A stretch of DNA of 20,000 nt, from the IMG/VR virus record IMGVR_UViG_3300042397_001048. One strand, given 5' to 3'. The DNA is from an uncultured virus (IMG/VR IMGVR_UViG_3300042397_001048). Taxonomy: Duplodnaviria > Heunggongvirae > Uroviricota > Caudoviricetes > Crassvirales. The notes beneath the pieces were generated by a model. The model was given only the letters and a program-made list of their open reading frames with translations. It was not told the DNA's origin and ran no database searches. Both the position numbers and the translations under genes were made by a program. Within the stretch, counting starts at the first letter, position 1. Each line of letters begins with the position of its first letter. Shown piece by piece: positions 6,412 to 14,634 of this stretch.

Positions 6412-6554
6412 AGAAACTAGTATTTATTATTGTGGTCGCATTGGCCTATTCTTGCGTGCGTGATGCATGCAAGCCTGGCATCCCCAAGGGGAGAACAAAA
6501 ATGATTAACAAGTTGGGTAGAGAGTATAACTATAAACCATATACACCATGGTAA
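6408..6554 (+). CDS. small putative lipoprotein (48 aa)
   Basis: MKKLVFIIVVALAYSC-VRDACKPG..., with a basic N-terminus, a hydrophobic core and a lipobox-like Ser-Cys16. It shows ATGA and TAATG coupling. Confidence 0.65.
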   Translation: MKKLVFIIVVALAYSCVRDACKPGIPKGRTKMINKLGREYNYKPYTPW

Positions 6555-6649
6555 TGAAGATAATTAGTTTTCTATTTTTTGGTACGATTGGATTAGTATT
6601 CATATTGCCATTAGCAATTATTTTAAGATTTTTAACTAAGCCAAGATGA
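6554..6649 (+). CDS. membrane micro-protein (31 aa)
   Basis: MKIISFLFFGTIGLVFILPLAIILRFLTKPR, coupled to genes on both sides. Confidence 0.55.
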   Translation: MKIISFLFFGTIGLVFILPLAIILRFLTKPR

Positions 6650-7134
6650 TAAGAGTTGATGAACTTGGATGCCCACATTGTGAGTACGTGTTCACGAAGG
6701 AATACGTTGCTGAGAGATTTGATACGACATCAAGCTTACGCATTGTGTCAGGCTACTGCAAGGGATGCAGTAAGCGTGTGACGATCCGGATCAACACGAG
6801 TGGAGCAACTAAGATTTATCCATTGCATAATGGGTATTTGGATGTTGGAGATGACATGGACAGAGATAGGGGTGGGTATTTAAAGCACCGCCCTAATTGT
6901 CCACACTGCCAGCAGGCTAATGATGTGGCACTGATAGATAAGTTCTTTATCAAGTCAGGGAACAAGACAGCGATGAACTTGACATGTGAGCATTGCAGGC
7001 AGAAGGTGCTTGTCAATAGAAGTAAGTCTGGGTTTTATAATTTATATCCATACACAGACTACAAGAAACAACGTAAAATCAAATCGGGATGGGTACAAGT
7101 ACGCTTTCCTAAACAAAAAGAGAATGACACCTAA
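6646..7134 (+). CDS. protein with two tandem Zn-ribbon domains
   Basis: CPHC..CKGC..SG....IYP followed by CPHC..CEHC..SG....LYP. Confidence 0.8.
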   Translation: MIRVDELGCPHCEYVFTKEYVAERFDTTSSLRIVSGYCKGCSKRVTIRINTSGATKIYPLHNGYLDVGDDMDRDRGGYLKHRPNCPHCQQANDVALIDKFFIKSGNKTAMNLTCEHCRQKVLVNRSKSGFYNLYPYTDYKKQRKIKSGWVQVRFPKQKENDT

Positions 7135-7351
7135 AGAAAAGGCAGAAGAATTATTTAACAAGTTTACTCTTTATCTTGGTACTGATGCTGAGGGCATTGA
7201 ATACTATGTTAATGATTTAGAGGCAAAGCGTTGTGCAATAATTGCAGTAGATGAAATATTATGGCTATTGAATGAAATAGATTATGACACATACTCTTAT
7301 AATGCAATTGTATTTTATAATGAAGTTAAACAAGAAATAGAAAAGTTATGA
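7124..7351 (+). CDS. conserved phage hypothetical protein (MTPKEKAEEL...AIIAVDEIL...EVKQEIEKL type)
   Basis: ORF track 6986..7351. The likely start is 7124. Confidence 0.75.
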   Translation: MTPKEKAEELFNKFTLYLGTDAEGIEYYVNDLEAKRCAIIAVDEILWLLNEIDYDTYSYNAIVFYNEVKQEIEKL

Positions 7352-7668
7352 CACAAGAAGAATTCAATTATACCATTATTGGTTTATTTCAGGATGCTGA
7401 AGAAATTAGATTGACTAAGCAGCCAGAGTACACACTTGAAAATGTAGATGTGCTAAATAATTTTAAGCAATCAGCCAAGCGTGCAGGCGTATCGCCTATG
7501 CAAGTGTGGTCAATATTTTTTGATAAGCAACTGACTAGTATTCAGTCACATATCAAAAACCCTAACCTAGTTCAGGCCGAGCCTTTGGACAGCAGATGGG
7601 CTGATCTGTACAACTATTTATTGCTAGGTTTTGCACTTTATAAAGAAAGTGATGAACAAAATAAATAA
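7348..7668 (+). CDS. Nmad1/DUF1599-like all-alpha nucleotide-modification-associated protein
   Basis: KQPEYT...DVLNNFK...DKQL...EPLDSRWADLYNYLLL pattern. Confidence 0.7.
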   Translation: MTQEEFNYTIIGLFQDAEEIRLTKQPEYTLENVDVLNNFKQSAKRAGVSPMQVWSIFFDKQLTSIQSHIKNPNLVQAEPLDSRWADLYNYLLLGFALYKESDEQNK

Positions 7669-7671
7669 CTT

Positions 7672-7702
7672 TTTGTATATATTAAATTTAATTTTATCTT
7701 TG
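7672..7702 (+). promoter_or_regulatory. Bacteroidota sigma-A promoter for the replication operon
   Basis: TTTG at 7672-7675, a 19-nt spacer, then TATCTTTG at 7695-7702. The ATG is at 7728. Confidence 0.75.
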
Positions 7703-7727
7703 TCGCACACATTTAATCAAATCAAAT

Positions 7728-8327
7728 ATGTCAAACAAATCAGTATTCGAGCAACTCAGCTCGCTTAACCTTTCGTCTAAAACAGAGAAGAGAGGTAATC
7801 TAACTTACTTATCCTGGGCTCATGCCTGGGCTGAATGCAAGAAGTTATTCCCCGACATGACACGCACGGTGTATGAGAGTGAAACAGGCATGAACTATTT
7901 CACGGATGGTTCAACTGCGTGGGTTAAGGTTGGGGTGACCATCCAAGGTCAGGAGCACATTGACTACTTGCCTGTCATGGACATGCGTAATCAATCAGTG
8001 CCACTAGCTAACATCACATCGATGCAGGTGAACAAGACTATTCAGCGTTCGACCGTTAAGGCGTTGGCGTTACATGGCTTGGCGTTGAACATCTACGCTA
8101 AGGAAGACTTCCCTGCTGAATCAGACTCAAACATTCAGGCGGTGAAGGCACAGCCTAAGGCTACGGCAAAGGTGGCGTTGGTAGAGGGCGATGCTAATTG
8201 GGAGAAGGTGTCGACATTTGTCATTGACAACATGGGCACATCAACTGCTGACATCATTAAGAAGTTGTCAGTTAAGTATGAGATTTCAGATTCAGTTAAG
8301 AAAGCAATCGACAAACTACGCAAGTAA
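7728..8327 (+). CDS. Sak3/DUF1071 single-strand annealing protein
   Basis: LTYLSWAHAW, WVKVGVTI, YLPVMDMRN and NKTIQRSTVKALALHGLALNIYAKED. Confidence 0.9.
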   Translation: MSNKSVFEQLSSLNLSSKTEKRGNLTYLSWAHAWAECKKLFPDMTRTVYESETGMNYFTDGSTAWVKVGVTIQGQEHIDYLPVMDMRNQSVPLANITSMQVNKTIQRSTVKALALHGLALNIYAKEDFPAESDSNIQAVKAQPKATAKVALVEGDANWEKVSTFVIDNMGTSTADIIKKLSVKYEISDSVKKAIDKLRK

Positions 8328-8590
8328 TGGAGGCTAAAGAAACTTTTGATTATTCAGGCGAATTAGGATTCATGAACCCAAGATTTGACCTAGAAGAAAT
8401 TGAAATTGATAGAGACTCTACTGTATTATATAACACAAAAGCTTATTGGTATGTATTTTTTTGCACAAAAACCAAAAGAGGTATTAATCAATATGGAAGA
8501 GTTGTATTACAAGATGCTACTAAATATTTAATTAGCAGAGGATTGATGGACGAAAATTATAATCAAATTAAATACTTTGAAGAAGAATAA
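8327..8590 (+). CDS. hypothetical protein between Sak3 and the exonuclease
   Basis: 87-aa ORF with TAATG coupling. It looks more AT-rich than its flanks. Confidence 0.7.
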   Translation: MEAKETFDYSGELGFMNPRFDLEEIEIDRDSTVLYNTKAYWYVFFCTKTKRGINQYGRVVLQDATKYLISRGLMDENYNQIKYFEEE

Positions 8591-8591
8591 T

Positions 8592-9323
8592 ATGTCAAAT
8601 ATAATCGAAACACTACGCAATGACACCGAGTATTACTCGGGTATCGGCAAGAACTACTTATCTAACTCAGACATCAGTGCGTTGCTATACAACCCGATGC
8701 AGTTTGGTAAGGACAAAGATAAGACTCCTGCTATGCTTGCAGGGTCTTACTTCCACGCATCTATTCTTGAGCCTGAGAAGGTGGTGAACTTCCCAAAGGT
8801 GGAGGCATCGACACGTACGACCAACATCTACAAGGAGGCCATAGCATCACATGGTGTGGACATGTTATTACTTCAGAAGGAAGGGGATGACATTGACCGC
8901 ATGGTCAAGGCTTTGCTTGCCAACTTTACATTCTACGACATGATCCGTGACAAAGGTAACGAGTATGAGGTGCCAGCTGTCGGTGAGATTGGTGGTGTGC
9001 AATGGAAGGGCAAGTCGGATATAGTCGGTCAGGAAATCCTGATTGACCTGAAGACCACAGGAAACCTAGATGATTTCCGATTCTCTGCACGCAAATATAA
9101 TTACGATAGTCAAGCATATATATATAATCAATTGTTCGGTAAGCCTATGGTATTCATCGCTGTTGAAAAAGAAACCTGTCGGACAGGTCTATTTGAATGC
9201 AGTGATGAGTTCCTAGACAAGGGACGAGAGAAGGTATACAAGGCTATCGAGGTGTACCAAAAGTTCTTTGGAGCAAATGCGACCGATGACATTACTCAGT
9301 ATTTTTTAACCCAAACTTTATAA
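8592..9323 (+). CDS. PD-(D/E)XK exonuclease (RecE/ExoVIII-like, DUF3799-like)
   Basis: YLSNS, GSYFHASILEP, WKGKSD, IDLKTT, YDSQAYIY and FIAVEK. It lies beside Sak3 and SSB. Confidence 0.9.
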   Translation: MSNIIETLRNDTEYYSGIGKNYLSNSDISALLYNPMQFGKDKDKTPAMLAGSYFHASILEPEKVVNFPKVEASTRTTNIYKEAIASHGVDMLLLQKEGDDIDRMVKALLANFTFYDMIRDKGNEYEVPAVGEIGGVQWKGKSDIVGQEILIDLKTTGNLDDFRFSARKYNYDSQAYIYNQLFGKPMVFIAVEKETCRTGLFECSDEFLDKGREKVYKAIEVYQKFFGANATDDITQYFLTQTL

Positions 9324-9328
9324 TTATT

Positions 9329-9634
9329 ATGGCACAATTAATTTCAGCATCTATTGATGTATCAAAAATCTCCAAGGACAAGTTAATCAAAGGAGCAAAA
9401 GGTAACTACCTTAACATTACTATCTCTATCAATGATGAGGTGGACCAGTATGGCAACCAAGTAGGAATCTACGAGTCGCAGTCTAAGGACGAGCGTGATG
9501 CTAAGGACAAGAAGAATTACTTAGGTAACGGCAAGATTGCTTGGACATCTGATGGTGGCTCAACAGCCAAGCCTGCACCTGCTAAGACAGCACCTGCTCC
9601 TATTGTTGAGGAGGAAAGTGACTTGCCATTTTAA
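9329..9634 (+). CDS. single-stranded DNA-binding protein (Bacteroidota phage type)
   Basis: SIDVSKI...YLNITI...DQYGN...YLGNGK, a Pro/Ala linker and an acidic EEESDLPF tail. It follows the SSAP and exonuclease. Confidence 0.8.
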   Translation: MAQLISASIDVSKISKDKLIKGAKGNYLNITISINDEVDQYGNQVGIYESQSKDERDAKDKKNYLGNGKIAWTSDGGSTAKPAPAKTAPAPIVEEESDLPF

Positions 9635-9661
9635 AATGGAAGTTTTCTAAATTATTCTAGT

Positions 9662-9669
9662 TACCTTTG
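9662..9669 (+). promoter_or_regulatory. -7 element TACCTTTG upstream of the HNH-like gene
   Basis: TAnnTTTG match 20 nt before the ATG at 9690. Confidence 0.55.
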
Positions 9670-9689
9670 TAGAAACAAATGTAAATATT

Positions 9690-10217
9690 ATGATACAAAT
9701 AAAACAATGTTTTAAGTGTGGTGAATTAAAAGAGTTGACTGAATTTTACAAGCATAAACAAATGGTTGATGGGCATTTAAACAAATGCAAGTCATGCACC
9801 AAAAATGATGTTCACGAAAATTACAGCAAAAACTCAAAAGACCAATTGTTTGTAGAGCAAGAGAGAAAAAGGGGAAGAAATAAGTACCATAGATTATATC
9901 ATGGTACAGGGAAATCTAAACCAAAATCAATTTCTAGATATCGAATTTTATATCCTGAAAAAATAAATGCAAAGAACAATTGTAGTCACATTAAACCACC
10001 ACAACCTGGGCTTGAGAAACATCATTGGTCATACAATGAAGAACATTATAAAGACTTGATATTCCTAACTAAGAAGCATCACATGAAAGCACATCGCTTC
10101 ATTGTTTATGATCAAGAAAGAATGATGTATAGAATGTATGATACCAATGAGTTACTTGATACCAAAGAAAAACATGAATCATTTATTTTATTCTGTATAG
10201 AAAACAAAGAAGACTAA
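9690..10217 (+). CDS. Zn-binding HNH-like (homing) endonuclease
   Basis: N-terminal CFKC..EFY....DG..NKCKSC and C-terminal EKHHWSY...IFLTKKHHMKAH. It is AT-rich and has its own -7 box. Confidence 0.7.
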   Translation: MIQIKQCFKCGELKELTEFYKHKQMVDGHLNKCKSCTKNDVHENYSKNSKDQLFVEQERKRGRNKYHRLYHGTGKSKPKSISRYRILYPEKINAKNNCSHIKPPQPGLEKHHWSYNEEHYKDLIFLTKKHHMKAHRFIVYDQERMMYRMYDTNELLDTKEKHESFILFCIENKED

Positions 10218-10450
10218 GATGTACAAATGTATAAAATAGAGGGGGCTTACGACTATATATAAAAACTTACTTAGTGCTTTTTTATTTTTTTTTCGTTTTC
10301 CCCTTTTATTTTCTACATTTTGTACACTAAAGAATATAAATAACTAATAATCAATTAGTTATCCATGTAAACTTTAAAATATTTTGTACACTTTTTATAC
10401 ATAAAAATGTACAACTTTATAAATAATCCAATTAATCAAAGAAAAGTACA
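10218..10450. other. putative replication origin, copy B, immediately upstream of the primase-helicase
   Basis: Non-coding and very AT-rich. TGTACA occurs at 10220, 10321, 10385 and 10408. AATCAATTAGTTA (10349-10361) fits the IHF consensus WATCAANNNNTTR. TTATCCATG is at 10359-10367. Confidence 0.7.
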
Positions 10451-12823
10451 ATGGAAGTAACAATCTTTCGCAACATAAAAGAGACTGCTGTACCTTTCCA
10501 TAAAGATGTGCTGGATATACTAGTTCGCATCAAGGAAGGTAAGACTAAGGATCTTGTAAGAAAGATAAGGCTTGAGAAGAATAAGGAGGAACGCAACAAA
10601 CTTAAGCAGGATTTACCTGCGATATGTTTCTCCGGTAAGTTCTCTAAGCGTGATGATGCATCATTGCTTAAGCACAGTGGCCTTATCTGTTTAGACTTTG
10701 ACAACTTTGCTAGTCATGCCGAGATGCTGGCTAAGAAAGAAGAACTGTCGGCTGACAACTACACATTCTCTGTGTTTGTCTCGCCATCAGGTAACGGGTT
10801 AAAGGTATTGGTTAAGATACCAACTAACCCTGAGAAGCATAAGGCATACTTCAATGCTTTAGAAAAGTATTACAACTGCTCTGAGTTTGATGTGACATCT
10901 AAGAACATATCACGTGTGTGCTATGAGTCTTACGACCCGACTATCTATGTGAATATACATTCGCATGAGTGGAATCAAATAGACGAAGGCGAGATTGACC
11001 ACGTGACTAAGGACCAACGTCCTACTATACCTATCGATGACGAGGATGAGATTATCTCACGCCTAGCTAAATGGTGGGAAGGTAAGTATGGCTTTGTGAA
11101 TGGCTCAAGAAACAATAACCTATTCATCTTAGCTTCAGCTTTCAACCAGTACGGGGTGACTAAGTCTGAGGCTATGTACAGACTGATGGCGTTCGCATCA
11201 GAAGACTTTAACTCCAAGGAGATTCAGTCTGTCATCGAGTCGGCATACAAGCTAAAGGACCAGCATGCAACCAAATACTTTGAGGACACACACAAGGTCA
11301 ACGAGGTGAAGGTGCAGTTAAATCGTGGCGTGCCAAAAAAGGATGTCCGTTCTCAATTGAAAGCCTCCGGGGTGGAGGACGGAACTATTGATTCAGTCTT
11401 AACTAAGATTGAAGAGGAGGAAAGCAAGAATATATTTTGGACTAAGAGCGATAAGGGTGTGGTGACTTTGATACACTACGACCTTAAGCGTTTCTTGGAA
11501 GAGAATGGGTATCGTAAGTATGTGCCTGAGGGTAACAAAGGATTCATATTTGTACGTATCAATCAGAACCTGATAGAGATGTGCAGTGAGGATGACATCA
11601 AAGACTTTGTGCTCAACCATATACTAACTAATTTCCAAGACTTAAGCGTGTACAATTTCTTTGCAGACAAGACTCGATTCTTTAGGGAAGACTTTCTGTC
11701 GATGCTAGATTCCATCTCAATTTATTTTGTTGAGGATACAAAGGATGAGGCGTACCTATACTACCGCAATGGCGTGGTGAAGGTTACAAAGAATGAGGTG
11801 ATACTACTTAACTACGAGGATCTTGGCGGGTACATTTGGTCGGACCAGGTGATACAGCGAGACTTTATATTCTGTCCCTCAGATGAGTGTGACTACAAAA
11901 CATTTATACGCAACATTGGCGGGCATAATGACAAGCGTGTCTCATCCATCGAGTCGACCATTGGCTATGTCCTGCATGCGTTCAAGAACGGTGGGTATTG
12001 CCCTGCGGTGATTATTAATGACGAGGTGATATCTGAGAACCCTGAGGGTGGCACAGGCAAGGGCTTGTTCATGAACGGCATTAGTCGCATGAAGAAGTTG
12101 GTGACCATTGATGGTAAGTCATTCTCTTTCGACAAATCATTTTCTTATCAGTTGGTGACAACAGACACGCAGGTGCTAGTGTTCGATGACGTGAAGAAGA
12201 ACTTTGACTTCGAGCGATTATTCTCTGTCATCACTGAGGGTATAACTATTGAGCGCAAGAACAAGGATGCAATTAAGATTCCATTCCATAAGTCACCTAA
12301 GGTGGTGATAACAACTAACTACGCTATCCAAGGTAAGGGTAACTCATTTGAGAGGCGTAAGTGGGAGATGGAGTTCAAGCAGTTCTACAGCAAAGACTTC
12401 ACGCCACAGGACGAGTTCGGTAGATTGCTGTTTAATGATTGGAATGTAGACGATTGGTGTGCATTTGACAACTACATGGTCAAGGTGCTAAAAAGCTACT
12501 TGCACACTGGGCTAATCAAGTGCGAGTTTGTCAACCTTAAGGAGCGCAAGTTCAGGGCTGAGACTAACGCTGAGTTTGTTGAGTGGATAGCAGAGTTTGG
12601 TTCAACGGTCGTGCCGTTCAATGAGAAGTTCAGACCTGACAAGGCGTTTGATAAGTTCATCATTGACAACAATGGCATGTTCAGAATGCTGTCCAAGCAG
12701 AGATTTAATTCTTGGCTACGTACGTATGCATTGCATAAGACAGGTCGCAATCCTGAGGAGGGTCGTGATGCTGCTGGAAAGTGGATGACAATTGAGTATA
12801 AAGAACAATTAGAACTTTTATAA
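10451..12823 (+). CDS. primase-helicase (BT4734/VirE_N-like primase, PriCT-like domain, SF3/D5-like helicase, C-terminal putative wHTH)
   Basis: KLKQDLPAICFSGKF, SGLICLDFD, FVSPSGNGLK, GSRNNNLF, Walker A GGTGKG, Walker B VLVFDDV and motif C VITTN. Confidence 0.92.
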   Translation: MEVTIFRNIKETAVPFHKDVLDILVRIKEGKTKDLVRKIRLEKNKEERNKLKQDLPAICFSGKFSKRDDASLLKHSGLICLDFDNFASHAEMLAKKEELSADNYTFSVFVSPSGNGLKVLVKIPTNPEKHKAYFNALEKYYNCSEFDVTSKNISRVCYESYDPTIYVNIHSHEWNQIDEGEIDHVTKDQRPTIPIDDEDEIISRLAKWWEGKYGFVNGSRNNNLFILASAFNQYGVTKSEAMYRLMAFASEDFNSKEIQSVIESAYKLKDQHATKYFEDTHKVNEVKVQLNRGVPKKDVRSQLKASGVEDGTIDSVLTKIEEEESKNIFWTKSDKGVVTLIHYDLKRFLEENGYRKYVPEGNKGFIFVRINQNLIEMCSEDDIKDFVLNHILTNFQDLSVYNFFADKTRFFREDFLSMLDSISIYFVEDTKDEAYLYYRNGVVKVTKNEVILLNYEDLGGYIWSDQVIQRDFIFCPSDECDYKTFIRNIGGHNDKRVSSIESTIGYVLHAFKNGGYCPAVIINDEVISENPEGGTGKGLFMNGISRMKKLVTIDGKSFSFDKSFSYQLVTTDTQVLVFDDVKKNFDFERLFSVITEGITIERKNKDAIKIPFHKSPKVVITTNYAIQGKGNSFERRKWEMEFKQFYSKDFTPQDEFGRLLFNDWNVDDWCAFDNYMVKVLKSYLHTGLIKCEFVNLKERKFRAETNAEFVEWIAEFGSTVVPFNEKFRPDKAFDKFIIDNNGMFRMLSKQRFNSWLRTYALHKTGRNPEEGRDAAGKWMTIEYKEQLELL

Positions 12824-12824
12824 A

Positions 12825-13049
12825 ATGGAAACTAAACAAACGGCAATTGATTGGTTAATTGAAGAATTAGGAGAATATTTTCCACACGAAATTGGAGGTA
12901 TTCATTTAATGGTTGAAAAAGCCAAACAAATTGAGAAAGAGCAGATAGTTAAAGCGCACAATGATGGGTCTCTCATGGCTTACACTATACCATTTAACGC
13001 ACCATTTATAAAAGGCGAAGAATACTACGAAGAAAACTATGGCAAATAA
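12825..13049 (+). CDS. conserved phage hypothetical protein (KQTAIDWL...EKEQI...EEYYEE type)
   Basis: 74-aa ORF starting 1 nt after the primase stop. Confidence 0.75.
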   Translation: METKQTAIDWLIEELGEYFPHEIGGIHLMVEKAKQIEKEQIVKAHNDGSLMAYTIPFNAPFIKGEEYYEENYGK

Positions 13050-13311
13050 CACGACAAAAAGTTTAATCAATAAGACAAAGAAATATCTCAAGGAGAAGAA
13101 CTTGTCTTTCATTAATGTTAATGATTCGCACAACCTTATGGTGCTAAAGGCATCGGGTGAGTACCACTACTTAGTCATCCAGTTTTTTGAGATGCCTGAG
13201 AGATGGATGTACCAACGTAGACACTTTAATATTAAGACAGCCTACGCAATTGATTACCAACAACTAACTAACGCTATAAATAGATACCTAGATGCCGTAC
13301 CTAAATCATAA
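13039..13311 (+). CDS. hypothetical protein
   Basis: 90-aa ORF overlapping both neighbours. Confidence 0.7.
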   Translation: MANNTTKSLINKTKKYLKEKNLSFINVNDSHNLMVLKASGEYHYLVIQFFEMPERWMYQRRHFNIKTAYAIDYQQLTNAINRYLDAVPKS

Positions 13312-13927
13312 TATACCAACGCTTACGTGTTTTATTAGAAATGAATTCTTGTTTAACAACACCAAAGGTCACGGAGAACTTACTCTTTGTGATGTACACT
13401 CGGTAGCATCTATTGAAAAGAGAGTACCATTGTTTGAGGCGTTCCTTGAGAACGGAGTTAACTGGACAAGAAGACCTATCCATGCATTCTGTTGGAAGAA
13501 AGATGCTGAGGAGCTACCGCTAACTGAGTATATCTATTGGGACTGCTTTAGTTCATACGTTGACGTTCAGGTACGAGCTCGGATGTCGGGACTTAGAGCT
13601 GACCTCATTTCTATATCAGGGGTGAAAAGACAGGGCACATATCTATTTACATTAGACTGGGCATTTGAGAATAGAAGTATGTTAGATACTAATTTCTCTG
13701 AGACTCCTGAGCACAAGTGTGGTCACGTGTTTAAGATGGACAATGGTAACTACTTTATCTATCCAAACAATAGGATCATTTGGATGGACAATGCTTGGAC
13801 TTACAACAGGATAGATAAGAACCCGGGGTATCAGATAGACATGACAGTTTATTCGATAGAGAATAAGACTAGTTATGAAACAGACTACAACTACTTAACA
13901 GAGTTTAAACCAGAAGATAATGCCTGA
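13292..13927 (+). CDS. conserved phage hypothetical protein (YLNHNIP...EHKCGH...DNGNYFIYPNNR)
   Basis: 211-aa ORF with a motif set I recall from aquatic phages. Its function is unknown to me. Confidence 0.8.
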   Translation: MPYLNHNIPTLTCFIRNEFLFNNTKGHGELTLCDVHSVASIEKRVPLFEAFLENGVNWTRRPIHAFCWKKDAEELPLTEYIYWDCFSSYVDVQVRARMSGLRADLISISGVKRQGTYLFTLDWAFENRSMLDTNFSETPEHKCGHVFKMDNGNYFIYPNNRIIWMDNAWTYNRIDKNPGYQIDMTVYSIENKTSYETDYNYLTEFKPEDNA

Positions 13928-14117
13928 CATAACAAAATGCGATGGGGATGGTTGCCCAATGAAAGAAACCTGTTATAGGTTTACTTCAGAACCGAGCGAG
14001 TTCATGCAATCATATTTTATGAATGCTCCGATTAAAGAAGACAATACTTGTGAATATTATTGGCCAAACGAAGATGACAACAAAAGAAAAAACAAAAGAA
14101 GAACTTGGCATTATTAA
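13920..14117 (+). CDS. small Cys-rich conserved phage protein (MPDITKC..CP.KETCYRFT)
   Basis: 65-aa ORF with four Cys residues. Confidence 0.75.
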   Translation: MPDITKCDGDGCPMKETCYRFTSEPSEFMQSYFMNAPIKEDNTCEYYWPNEDDNKRKNKRRTWHY

Positions 14118-14634
14118 TGCACATACAAGAAAAATGTTAGACCATATGGATATGAGATATACGTATGTTCATGGTTATGATAGATTGTATAGACTATATG
14201 CTGATGGAGAAATATGGTCTGTTCGATTAGGTAAATTTATTTCCCAAGAATTAGCAAGAGGGTATAATAGAGTATCATTATCTATTAATGGTGAAGTAAA
14301 AAGATTTCAAGTTCACAGATTAGTGGCTATGCATTTTATACCTAATCCTAATAAAAAGCCTTGTGTTAATCATAAGAATGGAGACAAGACTGATAATGTA
14401 ATACTTAACCTTGAATGGTGTACCTATAGTGAAAATGAAAAACATTCTTATGATGAGTTAGGTAAGATTAATCCAATCCGAAAACTTACTATTAGCGATG
14501 TTGATGATATAAAACACAATGCAAAAAAAGGTGTTAATCAGTCTAATAAGGGCAATATAGATGAGTATGCATCTAAATACAATGTTAATAGAAGTACAAT
14601 ACTAAACGTTTTGAAAGGTAAATATTATGGTTAA
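14074..14634 (+). CDS. HNH homing endonuclease with a C-terminal HTH
   Basis: VHRLVAMHFIPNP...VNHKNGDKTDN...NLEWCTYSENEKH, then ASKYNVNRSTILNVLKGK. The start is uncertain. Confidence 0.9.
   Translation: MTTKEKTKEELGIINAHTRKMLDHMDMRYTYVHGYDRLYRLYADGEIWSVRLGKFISQELARGYNRVSLSINGEVKRFQVHRLVAMHFIPNPNKKPCVNHKNGDKTDNVILNLEWCTYSENEKHSYDELGKINPIRKLTISDVDDIKHNAKKGVNQSNKGNIDEYASKYNVNRSTILNVLKGKYYG

Noticed and set aside
10432..13483. Antisense and alternative-frame ORFs over the primase and its neighbours (also 1725, 2202, 2666, 3120, 3248, 3519, 6816, 8135, 8926, 16652, 17888, 18087, 18175 and 19049)
   Set aside because: They are shadows of well-supported plus-strand genes.
14023..14634. Group I intron or intein hosting the HNH gene
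   Set aside because: The flanking genes appear complete (the helicase starts with its own Q motif), and I could not identify intron core elements.
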